Virus record (IMG/VR): IMGVR_UViG_2531839583_000004
Coordinates: 1-15,329 of that record
DNA: 15,329 nt
Origin: a virus
Taxonomy: Duplodnaviria > Heunggongvirae > Uroviricota > Caudoviricetes
Reading direction: 5' to 3' (one strand)
Shown: positions 1 through 6,185 of the stretch, one piece after another
Layout: every line of letters begins with the position of its first letter
How positions within the stretch are numbered: the stretch's first letter is position 1
Position numbers and translations under genes: made by a program
The notes under the pieces: generated by a model
Databases searched by the model: none
Told to the model about the DNA's origin: nothing
Seen by the model: the letters and a program-made list of their open reading frames with translations, nothing else

Positions 1-671
1 CCGAATCACTCGGGCAACTTGCTCATCAAAACCTGTCAGCATGGATGATTGACGTCATCGGTCACGCAATAAGCGGTACGCAGGAGCGTGAATTATCTCT
101 GGCTGAATTATCCTGGTGGGCGGTCCGCAATCAGGTGGCGGACGCGCTACCGGAAGCGGTATTACGTCGTTCGCTGGGGTTGCGTGCGGAAAAAATTCGC
201 TCTGTGTACAGTGAAAGCGACATCATACCGGGAGAGCAGACCGCCACCAGCATACTGAAACAGCGCACAAAAAATCTTGCGCCGCTGCCTCACGCCCACC
301 AGCAACAGAACCCACCACAGGAAAAGACGGTGGTCAGCATTGCCGTTGATCCCGAGTCACCGGCTCAGTATCTCCAGCGCCAGAAATCACAACGGGAAGA
401 GATGCCTGTATACACGCGCTGGGTAAAAACGCAGAAATGCATGACGTGTGGCAATCAGGCAGATGATCCGCATCACATCATTGGTCATGGACTGGGAGGG
501 ATGGGAACAAAGGCTGATGATTTGTTTGTTATTCCGCTGTGCCGTAAATGCCATAGCGAACTACACGCCGGGGTAAAAGATTTTGAAGAAAAACACGGCA
601 GCCAGCTGTTGTTGCTGATTCGTTTTTTAATGCACGCGAGAAATTCGGGTGTTCTGAAGTGGAAAGCATAA
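1..671 (+). CDS. 5'-truncated phage ORF with C-terminal Cys/His HNH-like zinc-binding motif (DUF968/YdfU-like nin-region protein); the frame is open to the window edge
   Basis: Reading frame is open from position 3 through stop at 669-671 with no upstream stop. C-terminal motif CMTCGNQADDPHHIIGHGLGG...IPLCRKCHSELH resembles HNH/zinc-ribbon. Lies immediately upstream of rusA, as such ORFs do in lambdoid prophages. Confidence 0.5.
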   Translation, partial: ESLGQLAHQNLSAWMIDVIGHAISGTQERELSLAELSWWAVRNQVADALPEAVLRRSLGLRAEKIRSVYSESDIIPGEQTATSILKQRTKNLAPLPHAHQQQNPPQEKTVVSIAVDPESPAQYLQRQKSQREEMPVYTRWVKTQKCMTCGNQADDPHHIIGHGLGGMGTKADDLFVIPLCRKCHSELHAGVKDFEEKHGSQLLLLIRFLMHARNSGVLKWKA

Positions 672-1037
672 ATGACTGAACGCATAGAATTTGTTTTGCC
701 TTACCCGCCAACGGTGAACACTTACTGGCGACGTCGTGGCAGCACATATTTTGTATCAAAAGCCGGTGAGCGTTATCGCCGTGATGTGGCGCTTATTGTT
801 CGCCAGCAGCGGCTGAAATTAAACCTGTCCGGAAGGCTGGCGATAAAGATTATTGCAGAGCCACCGGATAAACGTCGTCGTGACCTGGACAATATCCTGA
901 AAGCACCACTGGATGCGCTGACGCATGCCGGACTTCTCATAGACGACGAGCAGTTTGATGAAATCAATATTGTGCGCGGTCAGCGCGTTCCTGGGGGGCG
1001 GCTGGGCGTGAAGATTTACAAAATTGAGAGTGAGTGA
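672..1037 (+). CDS. rusA: RusA-family Holliday junction resolvase
   Basis: 121 aa; conserved RusA signature PDKRRRDLDNILKAPLDAL with acidic catalytic residues; start ATG directly follows the upstream stop; typical position upstream of Q. Confidence 0.9.
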   Translation: MTERIEFVLPYPPTVNTYWRRRGSTYFVSKAGERYRRDVALIVRQQRLKLNLSGRLAIKIIAEPPDKRRRDLDNILKAPLDALTHAGLLIDDEQFDEINIVRGQRVPGGRLGVKIYKIESE

Positions 1038-1588
1038 TCGTAAATATGATATACCCGGAAATTACAGGCAAAAGCGGCGAGCATTTACGTCTAAAAACGC
1101 TGGAAGCCGTCTGGATCCAGGGGAAATTACGGATGTGGGGGCGTTGGTCGTATATAGGTGGTGGCAAACCAGGAAATATGTTCAATCAGTTGCTGGCATC
1201 CAAAAAACTGACAAAAACCGCAATCAATGAAGCCCTGCGTAGAATCAGGGAGTCAGGGATTGATAAACCAGAGCTGGAAGCATTCTTGCGAGAGATGATC
1301 GCTGGCAGACAGAAGAGCTGGTTGTCTCACTGTACTGATGCAGAGGCGTTACGCATTGATGGGGTGATAAGTAAAGCGCTTGCACGTTATCCTGGATTGA
1401 TTGATATCCTGCGGCAAAGGTACGAAGGGCGGGGGATGAGTAAACGCAAAATGGCTGAATTGTTGAATGAGGTGCACCCGGAATGGTGTTTTAGTACATG
1501 CGAAAAGCGAATTGCTAATTGGTTAGCTGTTGCTGAATATGCGCTATACATCCCTATGCGAGAATCGTTTGCTCAAAAAATGTCTTGA
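1034..1588 (+). CDS. putative late-gene antitermination protein (Q-like, non-lambda family)
   Basis: 184 aa ORF whose start overlaps the rusA stop (ATGA), suggesting translational coupling. Sits between rusA and a promoter-plus-terminator region, the canonical Q position. Possible His/Cys metal site (SHC...HPEWCFSTC). No recognisable similarity to lambda Q, so function is inferred from position. Confidence 0.5.
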   Translation: MIVNMIYPEITGKSGEHLRLKTLEAVWIQGKLRMWGRWSYIGGGKPGNMFNQLLASKKLTKTAINEALRRIRESGIDKPELEAFLREMIAGRQKSWLSHCTDAEALRIDGVISKALARYPGLIDILRQRYEGRGMSKRKMAELLNEVHPEWCFSTCEKRIANWLAVAEYALYIPMRESFAQKMS

Positions 1589-1613
1589 TTTTTTACGCAT
1601 AAACTGTTTCAAT
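1585..1613 (+). promoter_or_regulatory. candidate late promoter (pR'-like): TTGATT, 17 bp spacer, TTCAAT
   Basis: -35-like TTGATT at 1585-1590 and a weak -10-like TTCAAT at 1608-1613, immediately downstream of the Q-like gene and about 60 bp upstream of a strong terminator, mirroring the lambda pR'/tR' arrangement. Confidence 0.25.
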
Positions 1614-1671
1614 CCAGCTACGCTTCGCAAAGCTATACCGCGAGGCGAATAGCAGACATGGACACCTGAAA

Positions 1672-1697
1672 GAACCCGCTTTATGCGGGTTTTTTTG
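1672..1697 (+). terminator. rho-independent terminator (tR'-like)
   Basis: Hairpin CCCGC (1675-1679) / GCGGG (1685-1689) with loop TTTAT, followed by a run of seven T (1690-1696). Confidence 0.8.
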
Positions 1698-1819
1698 TGC
1701 CCGAAAAGCGGTACAGGACGTTAAATGCGCTGGTGGTTGCGAATGCCGGTCTTTCAGCTTGCTGGCTTTTTCGACAAGAGGTATTGGTATGTCACGTTAA
1801 CCGGAAAAGGGAAAAAGGC

Positions 1820-2017
1820 ATGCTAAAACAGCAGGATATGACCGAAACCGCCAGAGTGGTGTTTAATGAATTAAGCATCACCGAACCGGCGACCGTCGGG
1901 GAAATTGCGCAGAATACTTACCTTTCACGCGAACGCTGCCAGTTAATACTGACTCAGCTTGTTATGGCGGGTCTGGCAGATTATCAGTTCGGTTGTTACA
2001 GACGCCTTCCGCAGTGA
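1820..2017 (+). CDS. small hypothetical protein (65 aa), possible DNA-binding fold
   Basis: ATG at 1820 preceded by a purine-rich stretch (GGAAAAGGGAAAAAGGC). The track ORF 1697..2017 would start inside the terminator hairpin, so the internal start is preferred. Its own terminator follows at 2004-2026. Confidence 0.4.
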   Translation: MLKQQDMTETARVVFNELSITEPATVGEIAQNTYLSRERCQLILTQLVMAGLADYQFGCYRRLPQ

Positions 2018-2026
2018 AGGCTTTTT
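2004..2026 (+). terminator. rho-independent terminator overlapping the 3' end of the small ORF
   Basis: Stem GCCTTC (2004-2009) / GAAGGC (2016-2021) with loop CGCAGT, followed by TTTTT (2022-2026). Confidence 0.6.
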
Positions 2027-2167
2027 AATTTGTGGTAATGGGCGGCTGGGGGGTGTTAGCGGCACCTGCCAGCCATCTGCTCATGCGTTGGGGTCACAAG
2101 CAAACCTCAGGCCCATCTGCTTTGCGCAAAAGCGGTATGAGCCTATCAGAGAAGTGCTTATTGATCT

Positions 2168-3217
2168 ATGATTAATACTGTAAAAATATCCAGTTGTGAG
2201 TTAATCAACGCTGATTGCCTGGAGTTTATCCAGACCTTACCGGAAAATTCTGTCGATCTGATAGTCACAGACCCGCCATACTTTAAAGTGAAGCCCGAGG
2301 GCTGGGATAACCAGTGGGAGGGCGACGATGATTACCTGAAATGGCTGGACCAGTGTCTGGCGCAGTTCTGGCGGGTACTGAAGCCTACCGGAAGTCTTTA
2401 CCTGTTCTGTGGTCATCGCCTGGCATCTGACACCGAAATCATGATGCGTGAGCGCTTTAATGTGCTGAACCACATTATCTGGGCGAAGCCGTCCGGACGC
2501 TGGAACGGGTGCAATAAGGAAAGTCTGCGGGCGTATTTTCCGGCAACAGAGCGCATTCTGTTTGCAGAACATTATCAGGGACCGTATCGCCCGAAAGATG
2601 ATGGCTATGTGGCACAGGGGCGCGAGCTAAAACAGCACGTCATGGCCCCGCTGATTTCTTACTTTCGTGATGCGCGTAAATCACTGGGAATAACGTCAAA
2701 ACAGATAGCGGAAGCCACCGGAAAGAAAAACATGGCTTCGCACTGGTTTGGTACCAGTCAGTGGCAGTTACCGAACGAGGGGGATTACAACAAATTGCAG
2801 GCGTTGTTTGCGCGTGTTGCGGCAGAAAAACATCAGCGCGGGGAACTGGAAAAGCCACACCACCAGCTGGTCAGCACATACAGTGAGCTGAACCGGCAGT
2901 ACACGGAACTGCTGAGTGAATATAAAAATTTGCGGCGGTATTTCGGTGTGACGGCGCAGGTTCCGTACACCGATGTCTGGACGCATAAACCGGTGCAGTA
3001 CTATCCAGGAAAACATCCGTGCGAAAAACCGGCAGAAATGCTGCAGCAGATAATCAACGCGAGCAGTCGTCCGGGAGACCTGGTTGCAGATTTTTTTATG
3101 GGTTCAGGTTCAACGGTAAAAGCGGCGATGGCACTGGGGCGTTGTGCGATTGGTGTTGAGCTGGAGACAGGACGTTTTGAACAGACAGTCAGGGAAGTTC
3201 AGGATTTAATCGTTTGA
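2168..3217 (+). CDS. DNA amino-methyltransferase (N6-adenine or N4-cytosine), beta-class, orphan
   Basis: 349 aa. Motif IV DPPY (LIVTDPPYF) near the N-terminus and motif I FxGxG (DFFMGSGST) near the C-terminus give the beta-class order. A central region with an HTH-like segment (LGITSKQIAEATGK) is the likely target-recognition region. No adjacent restriction endonuclease ORF. Confidence 0.9.
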   Translation: MINTVKISSCELINADCLEFIQTLPENSVDLIVTDPPYFKVKPEGWDNQWEGDDDYLKWLDQCLAQFWRVLKPTGSLYLFCGHRLASDTEIMMRERFNVLNHIIWAKPSGRWNGCNKESLRAYFPATERILFAEHYQGPYRPKDDGYVAQGRELKQHVMAPLISYFRDARKSLGITSKQIAEATGKKNMASHWFGTSQWQLPNEGDYNKLQALFARVAAEKHQRGELEKPHHQLVSTYSELNRQYTELLSEYKNLRRYFGVTAQVPYTDVWTHKPVQYYPGKHPCEKPAEMLQQIINASSRPGDLVADFFMGSGSTVKAAMALGRCAIGVELETGRFEQTVREVQDLIV

Positions 3218-3266
3218 AACGGATGAGATTGCAGAATTAATTACGCACCATTATTATTCTGCTCCC

Positions 3267-3342
3267 GGCCCTTTAGCTCAGTGGTGAGAGCGAGCGACTC
3301 ATAATCGCCAGGTCGCTGGTTCAAATCCAGCAAGGGCCACCA
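3267..3342 (+). tRNA. tRNA with anticodon CAU (Ile2/lysidine-type or Met), including encoded CCA
   Basis: Cloverleaf: acceptor GGCCCTT/AAGGGCC, D-arm GCTC...GAGC, anticodon loop CTCATAA (anticodon CAT at 3300-3302), T-loop GGTTCAAATCC, 3' ACCA. Very close to E. coli ileX and to ileZ of Stx phages as recalled. Confidence 0.9.
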
Positions 3343-3349
3343 TCACATA

Positions 3350-3423
3350 CCGCCATTAGCTCATCGACAGAGAGTGCCAGCTTTCGAAACTGGCTGTGTG
3401 GGGCTCGGGTCCCCGATGGCAAT
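3350..3423 (+). pseudogene. degenerate tRNA-like element (possible decayed tRNA-Arg, anticodon-like TCG)
   Basis: Partial cloverleaf: acceptor CCGCCAT/ATGGCAA with two terminal mismatches, D-arm GCTC...GAGA, anticodon-like stem GCCAG/CTGGC around a 9-nt loop CTTTCGAAA (TCG central), T-arm TGGGG-CTCGGGT-CCCCG. No encoded CCA. Confidence 0.3.
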
Positions 3424-3439
3424 CCATTATCTGCATTAT

Positions 3440-3516
3440 GCGTTGTTAGCTCAGCCGGACAGAGCAATTGCCTTCTAAGCAATCGGTCACTGGTTCGAAT
3501 CCAGTACAACGCGCCA
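3440..3516 (+). tRNA. tRNA-Arg (anticodon UCU), including encoded CCA
   Basis: Acceptor GCGTTGT/ACAACGC, D-arm GCTCAGCCGGACAGAGC, anticodon loop CTTCTAA (anticodon TCT), T-loop GGTTCGAATCC, discriminator G plus CCA at 3514-3516. Resembles the argU/argO type. Confidence 0.9.
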
Positions 3517-3529
3517 CGCTTATTTTTCC

Positions 3530-3554
3530 AGGCTCGCTTTGGCGGGCCTTTTTC
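3530..3554 (+). terminator. rho-independent terminator downstream of the tRNA cluster
   Basis: Stem AGGCTCGC (3530-3537) / GCGGGCCT (3542-3549) including one G-U pair, loop TTTG, followed by TTTT (3550-3553). Confidence 0.5.
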
Positions 3555-3763
3555 ATATCCGCGCCCGTTATGAAGCGCCACCGCGTTCTGCTAATGCTGA
3601 AGCCCTTCGTCAGCTGACTGATGTTGCAGATACTGATGATACTGTGAATGTGCTGTGTCTGTGTCTGGATATCGCTGACCAGGACGGTATCGGTCAGGAA
3701 GAAGAAGCGCAACTGAAGAAAATTGCGCAGGCGCTGCAGTTGCCGCTGGAGCAGTACCTGTGA
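3539..3763 (+). pseudogene. TerB-like C-terminal fragment (probable gene remnant, 74 codons, no ATG start)
   Basis: ORF begins at TTG inside the terminator hairpin and has no in-frame ATG. The translation (VLCLCLDIADQDGIGQEEEAQLKKIAQALQLP) resembles the C-terminal half of TerB/DjlA-N-type domains as I recall them. GC-rich. Confidence 0.3.
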
Positions 3764-3912
3764 AAAGTGCGCGCCTTGTGCTGGCTGTCATCCTGTTGTT
3801 TCTGGTAGTGATGGTGGATTTCACCGGACGACTGATGTCAGTGCTGGCAGATGGTGTGCTGGTGGCGATGGCGCTGATCGTGCTCCGGCCTTTACTGCGT
3901 AAATCTGAATAA
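3760..3912 (+). CDS. small hydrophobic membrane protein (50 aa), GTG start overlapping the upstream stop
   Basis: GTG at 3760 overlaps TGA 3761-3763 (GTGA). Translation VKSARLVLAVILLFLVVMVDFTGRLMSVLADGVLVAMALIVLRPLLRKSE predicts two hydrophobic helices. Below the ORF-track size cutoff. Confidence 0.35.
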   Translation: MKSARLVLAVILLFLVVMVDFTGRLMSVLADGVLVAMALIVLRPLLRKSE

Positions 3913-4000
3913 CATCACACAAAAGGCATCTGCGGGGGCCTTTGACGGGGTGTTTTTTTACGGGTCGCTGGTGGCCCTTTTTTTATTTTCAGGAGGAAGT

Positions 4001-4390
4001 ATGTCTGAACCCTTATCCGGTTCCGGCACGGCTGCGGCGCTGGGTGGCGCGACGGTATTCGGGCTGTTTACCGGGATGGATTTCGGGATTGTGTTTGGCG
4101 CGTTCGCCGGGGCGTTATTTGTGGCAACGATGCCGCAGTCACTTTCAGTCTGGCGCGTGGTGGCGCATTTTCTGGTGTCGTTTATTGTCGGCGTGCTGGG
4201 AGCGCGTGTGCTGTCAGCCTGGATTGCATCAAAAACAGGGTATGACGGTACATCGGCAGATGCGCTGTGTGCGGTGCTGGTATCGGTGGTGTCGGTGAAG
4301 ATTCTGTCGTTCATCCACCAGCAGGATATTGCATCGTTGGTGTCCGGTGTGTTCTCCCGTCTGCGGGGTGGAGGCGGTAATGTTAAGTAA
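4001..4390 (+). CDS. putative holin (multi-pass membrane protein, 129 aa)
   Basis: Strong Shine-Dalgarno AGGAGGA 5 nt upstream of ATG 4001. Gly/Ala-rich hydrophobic segments with a charged C-terminal tail. First gene of a cassette ending in an endolysin. No similarity to lambda S recalled. Confidence 0.55.
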   Translation: MSEPLSGSGTAAALGGATVFGLFTGMDFGIVFGAFAGALFVATMPQSLSVWRVVAHFLVSFIVGVLGARVLSAWIASKTGYDGTSADALCAVLVSVVSVKILSFIHQQDIASLVSGVFSRLRGGGGNVK

Positions 4391-4655
4391 CCTTCCCGGA
4401 TTACTGAATGTGGTGTTAAGCACGGTTATCGTGCTGACGCTCTTTTTTTATCGTCGTGGTGATTCCAGACATAAACCGCTGATGTCGTGGCTGGCCTGGC
4501 TGCTGATGCTGCTGTATGCCTTTGCGCCACTTTGTTATCTGTGTGGTCGCTTTCCACCCGGTAACTGGCTGGTCGTCCTGATTAACCTGGTGTTCTGCGT
4601 GCTGGTGATACGAGCACGCGGGAACGTATCAAAAATCCTTTCATTACGGAGGTGA
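4380..4655 (+). CDS. second lysis-cassette membrane protein (holin/antiholin-like, 91 aa)
   Basis: GGAGG 5 nt upstream of ATG 4380; overlaps the holin 3' end by 11 nt; stop is 2 nt before the endolysin start. Predicted 2-3 transmembrane segments. Confidence 0.5.
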   Translation: MLSNLPGLLNVVLSTVIVLTLFFYRRGDSRHKPLMSWLAWLLMLLYAFAPLCYLCGRFPPGNWLVVLINLVFCVLVIRARGNVSKILSLRR

Positions 4656-4657
4656 GT

Positions 4658-5035
4658 ATGCCCGGTAAATTCAGATTCAGTCGTCGAAGTGAGAAAAATC
4701 TGGAGGGCGTCAAACCACAGCTGGTTGCTGTTGTTCGCCGTGCGCTGGAGCTGACGGAGGTTGACTTCGGTATTACGGAAGGCCTGCGCAGTAAGTATCG
4801 CCAGAAGCAGCTGGTCGCGGAAGGGAAAAGCCAGACCATGAACAGCCGCCACCTGACCGGTGATGCGGTGGATGTTGTGGCCTACATTGGTAGCCAGGTG
4901 TCATGGGACTGGCCTCTGTACGAGAAAATCGCGCAGGCATTTAAGCAGGCTGCCGCAGAGCTGGGAACTGCCATCGAATGGGGCGGGGACTGGAAAACAC
5001 TGAAAGACGGGCCTCACTTTCAGTTGAAGTGCTAA
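4658..5035 (+). CDS. endolysin, peptidase M15 family (L-alanyl-D-glutamate endopeptidase, T5 Lys-like)
   Basis: GGAGG 5 nt upstream of ATG 4658. Conserved Zn-ligand context SRHL...DAVD...DGPHFQL (His, Asp, His) typical of M15 phage endolysins. About 126 aa. Confidence 0.85.
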   Translation: MPGKFRFSRRSEKNLEGVKPQLVAVVRRALELTEVDFGITEGLRSKYRQKQLVAEGKSQTMNSRHLTGDAVDVVAYIGSQVSWDWPLYEKIAQAFKQAAAELGTAIEWGGDWKTLKDGPHFQLKC

Positions 5036-5049
5036 TAACCAGGTGGTTT

Positions 5050-5232
5050 ATGAGCCGAAAACACTGGACACACAGAATGCCGCGAACGGCGGCGAAATGG
5101 GCACTGGTAGCGATACTGGTGCCTTTTTTCCTGGTGGGATGCGTTAGCCTGGATAAGGTGCGCCAGCTTTTCGATACGGCCTCGCAGGTCTGCGAAATTG
5201 TCGAAAGTGCCAGGCAGTGTATGCAGAACTGA
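5050..5232 (+). CDS. small lipoprotein (lipobox LVGC); possible o-spanin-like or other lysis-associated lipoprotein
   Basis: AGGTGG upstream of ATG 5050. Signal peptide AKWALVAILVPFFLVG followed by Cys; mature peptide about 30 aa with three Cys. Immediately follows the endolysin. No Rz-like partner ORF detected. Confidence 0.5.
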   Translation: MSRKHWTHRMPRTAAKWALVAILVPFFLVGCVSLDKVRQLFDTASQVCEIVESARQCMQN

Positions 5233-5319
5233 TCGCCTGTAAGAGCAGAATATTGTTGAATCTAAATTTACTTTGAACAGTGGCCCGGATGGAAAGGGCA
5301 TCTAAATAGGAGCAGAAAA

Positions 5320-5529
5320 ATGTTAACTGTAAAAGTCATGTCTCAAAATGGTGGGGAAGAGCTCCATTGCGGGCGTAGCATTGGCTATCATCCAGAGCAG
5401 CGGAGTATTGCCGTATCGGGAAAGGATGGGAAAGTCATTCTGAAAGATGGAGATATTGCTTATGTAATGAACCAAAACGCTCAAATAATATCTGTTTATC
5501 GGCCCAATAATAGTCAGAAAAACATTTGA
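5320..5529 (+). CDS. hypothetical small protein (69 aa) in AT-rich moron
   Basis: Good Shine-Dalgarno AGGAG 6 nt upstream of ATG 5320. Low-GC codon usage distinct from flanking phage genes. Confidence 0.5.
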   Translation: MLTVKVMSQNGGEELHCGRSIGYHPEQRSIAVSGKDGKVILKDGDIAYVMNQNAQIISVYRPNNSQKNI

Positions 5530-5571
5530 ATTTCGCAAGTCCAAAGTTCAGTGGTGATCGTTATCAACTAA

Positions 5572-5600
5572 TTGAAATAACAAGCTTATGTTTGTGTAAT
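5572..5600 (+). promoter_or_regulatory. candidate sigma70 promoter (TTGAAA, 17 bp spacer, TGTAAT) for the second moron ORF
   Basis: TTGAAA at 5572-5577, 17-bp spacer, TGTAAT at 5595-5600, about 50 bp upstream of the ORF starting at 5653. Confidence 0.35.
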
Positions 5601-5652
5601 TGGTGATATAGCATGTTAATGCTGAATATCAGCGTCAACATGGAGTTATACA

Positions 5653-5868
5653 ATGGTTTTTAAACACTATTACGTGAACAAAAATGCTCAGAGCAATGGC
5701 GATCATGAGGTGCATGCTGAGGAATGTTCATATCTTCCTGCTGTAGCTAACCGCGATTACCTTGGTTACTATAGTGATTGTTCTTCGGCGGTAACAGAGG
5801 CAAAGGCCAAAGGATATTCCCGGGTGAATGGTTGCTATTGGTGTGCCAATAAGTGCCACACGTCTTAA
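5653..5868 (+). CDS. hypothetical small Cys/His-rich protein (71 aa) in AT-rich moron
   Basis: GGAG 8 nt upstream of ATG 5653. Cys/His pattern (EEC...DC...GCYWCANKCH) suggests a metal-binding mini-domain. Followed directly by a terminator. Confidence 0.5.
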   Translation: MVFKHYYVNKNAQSNGDHEVHAEECSYLPAVANRDYLGYYSDCSSAVTEAKAKGYSRVNGCYWCANKCHTS

Positions 5869-5887
5869 TCAATTGTCAATAAACCAT

Positions 5888-5911
5888 AAAGGCCGCTCTG
5901 CGGCCTTTTTC
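5888..5911 (+). terminator. rho-independent terminator closing the moron
   Basis: Stem GGCCG (5891-5895) / CGGCC (5901-5905), loop CTCTG, then TTTTT (5906-5910); an upstream A-run makes it potentially bidirectional. Confidence 0.7.
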
Positions 5912-6185
5912 ATGTTAAAAAAGATTGCGGCATTACAGCAGCCCTTCACACTGAGTGGCTGCGATAATGTGAGAAATAAAAAACCGGCAGGGGAAATCCA
6001 TTGAAGATTTGCCGGTGGCAAAAAGATGGCCATGCTTTCAACCTTAGTCGCAGGGTTACGGAGTGCAACTACGAATGCTGCCGGTATATGGCTGAATGGC
6101 GTTTCAATGATGTACGTCATCTTATCTGTAAATGTTAATGATAAAAGCTCTCATTTGTGCGGGTCCTTCCGGTGGGGTGGCCTGC

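Noticed and set aside
1697-1819. N-terminal extension of the small ORF (track start 1697)
   Set aside because: The start codon would sit inside the terminator hairpin and T-run; the internal ATG at 1820 has better ribosome-binding context.
3517-4000. Shiga toxin (stxA/stxB) or other toxin genes at the tRNA-to-lysis cargo locus
   Set aside because: Looked for A- and B-subunit-sized ORFs with signal peptides; the interval is only about 480 bp and holds only the two small ORFs described. No toxin can be encoded here.
3942-4314. Alternative-frame ORFs overlapping the holin gene (3942..4298 plus strand, 3958..4314 minus strand)
   Set aside because: The holin frame has a strong Shine-Dalgarno and coherent hydrophobic segments; the alternatives are Trp/Arg/Cys-rich translations typical of off-frame GC-rich DNA.
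5032-5301. Rz-like i-spanin or Bor-like ORF on either strand near the lipoprotein gene
   Set aside because: The only candidate (minus strand 5032..5301) has no signal peptide or TM-plus-coiled-coil organisation and overlaps the lipoprotein gene antisense; not supportable.
5984-6015. Inverted repeat CCGGCA...TGCCGG with a 20-nt loop upstream of cos
   Set aside because: The loop is too long and there is no T-run, so it is not a convincing terminator; it may be part of cosQ or right-end sequence, but I cannot support a specific call.
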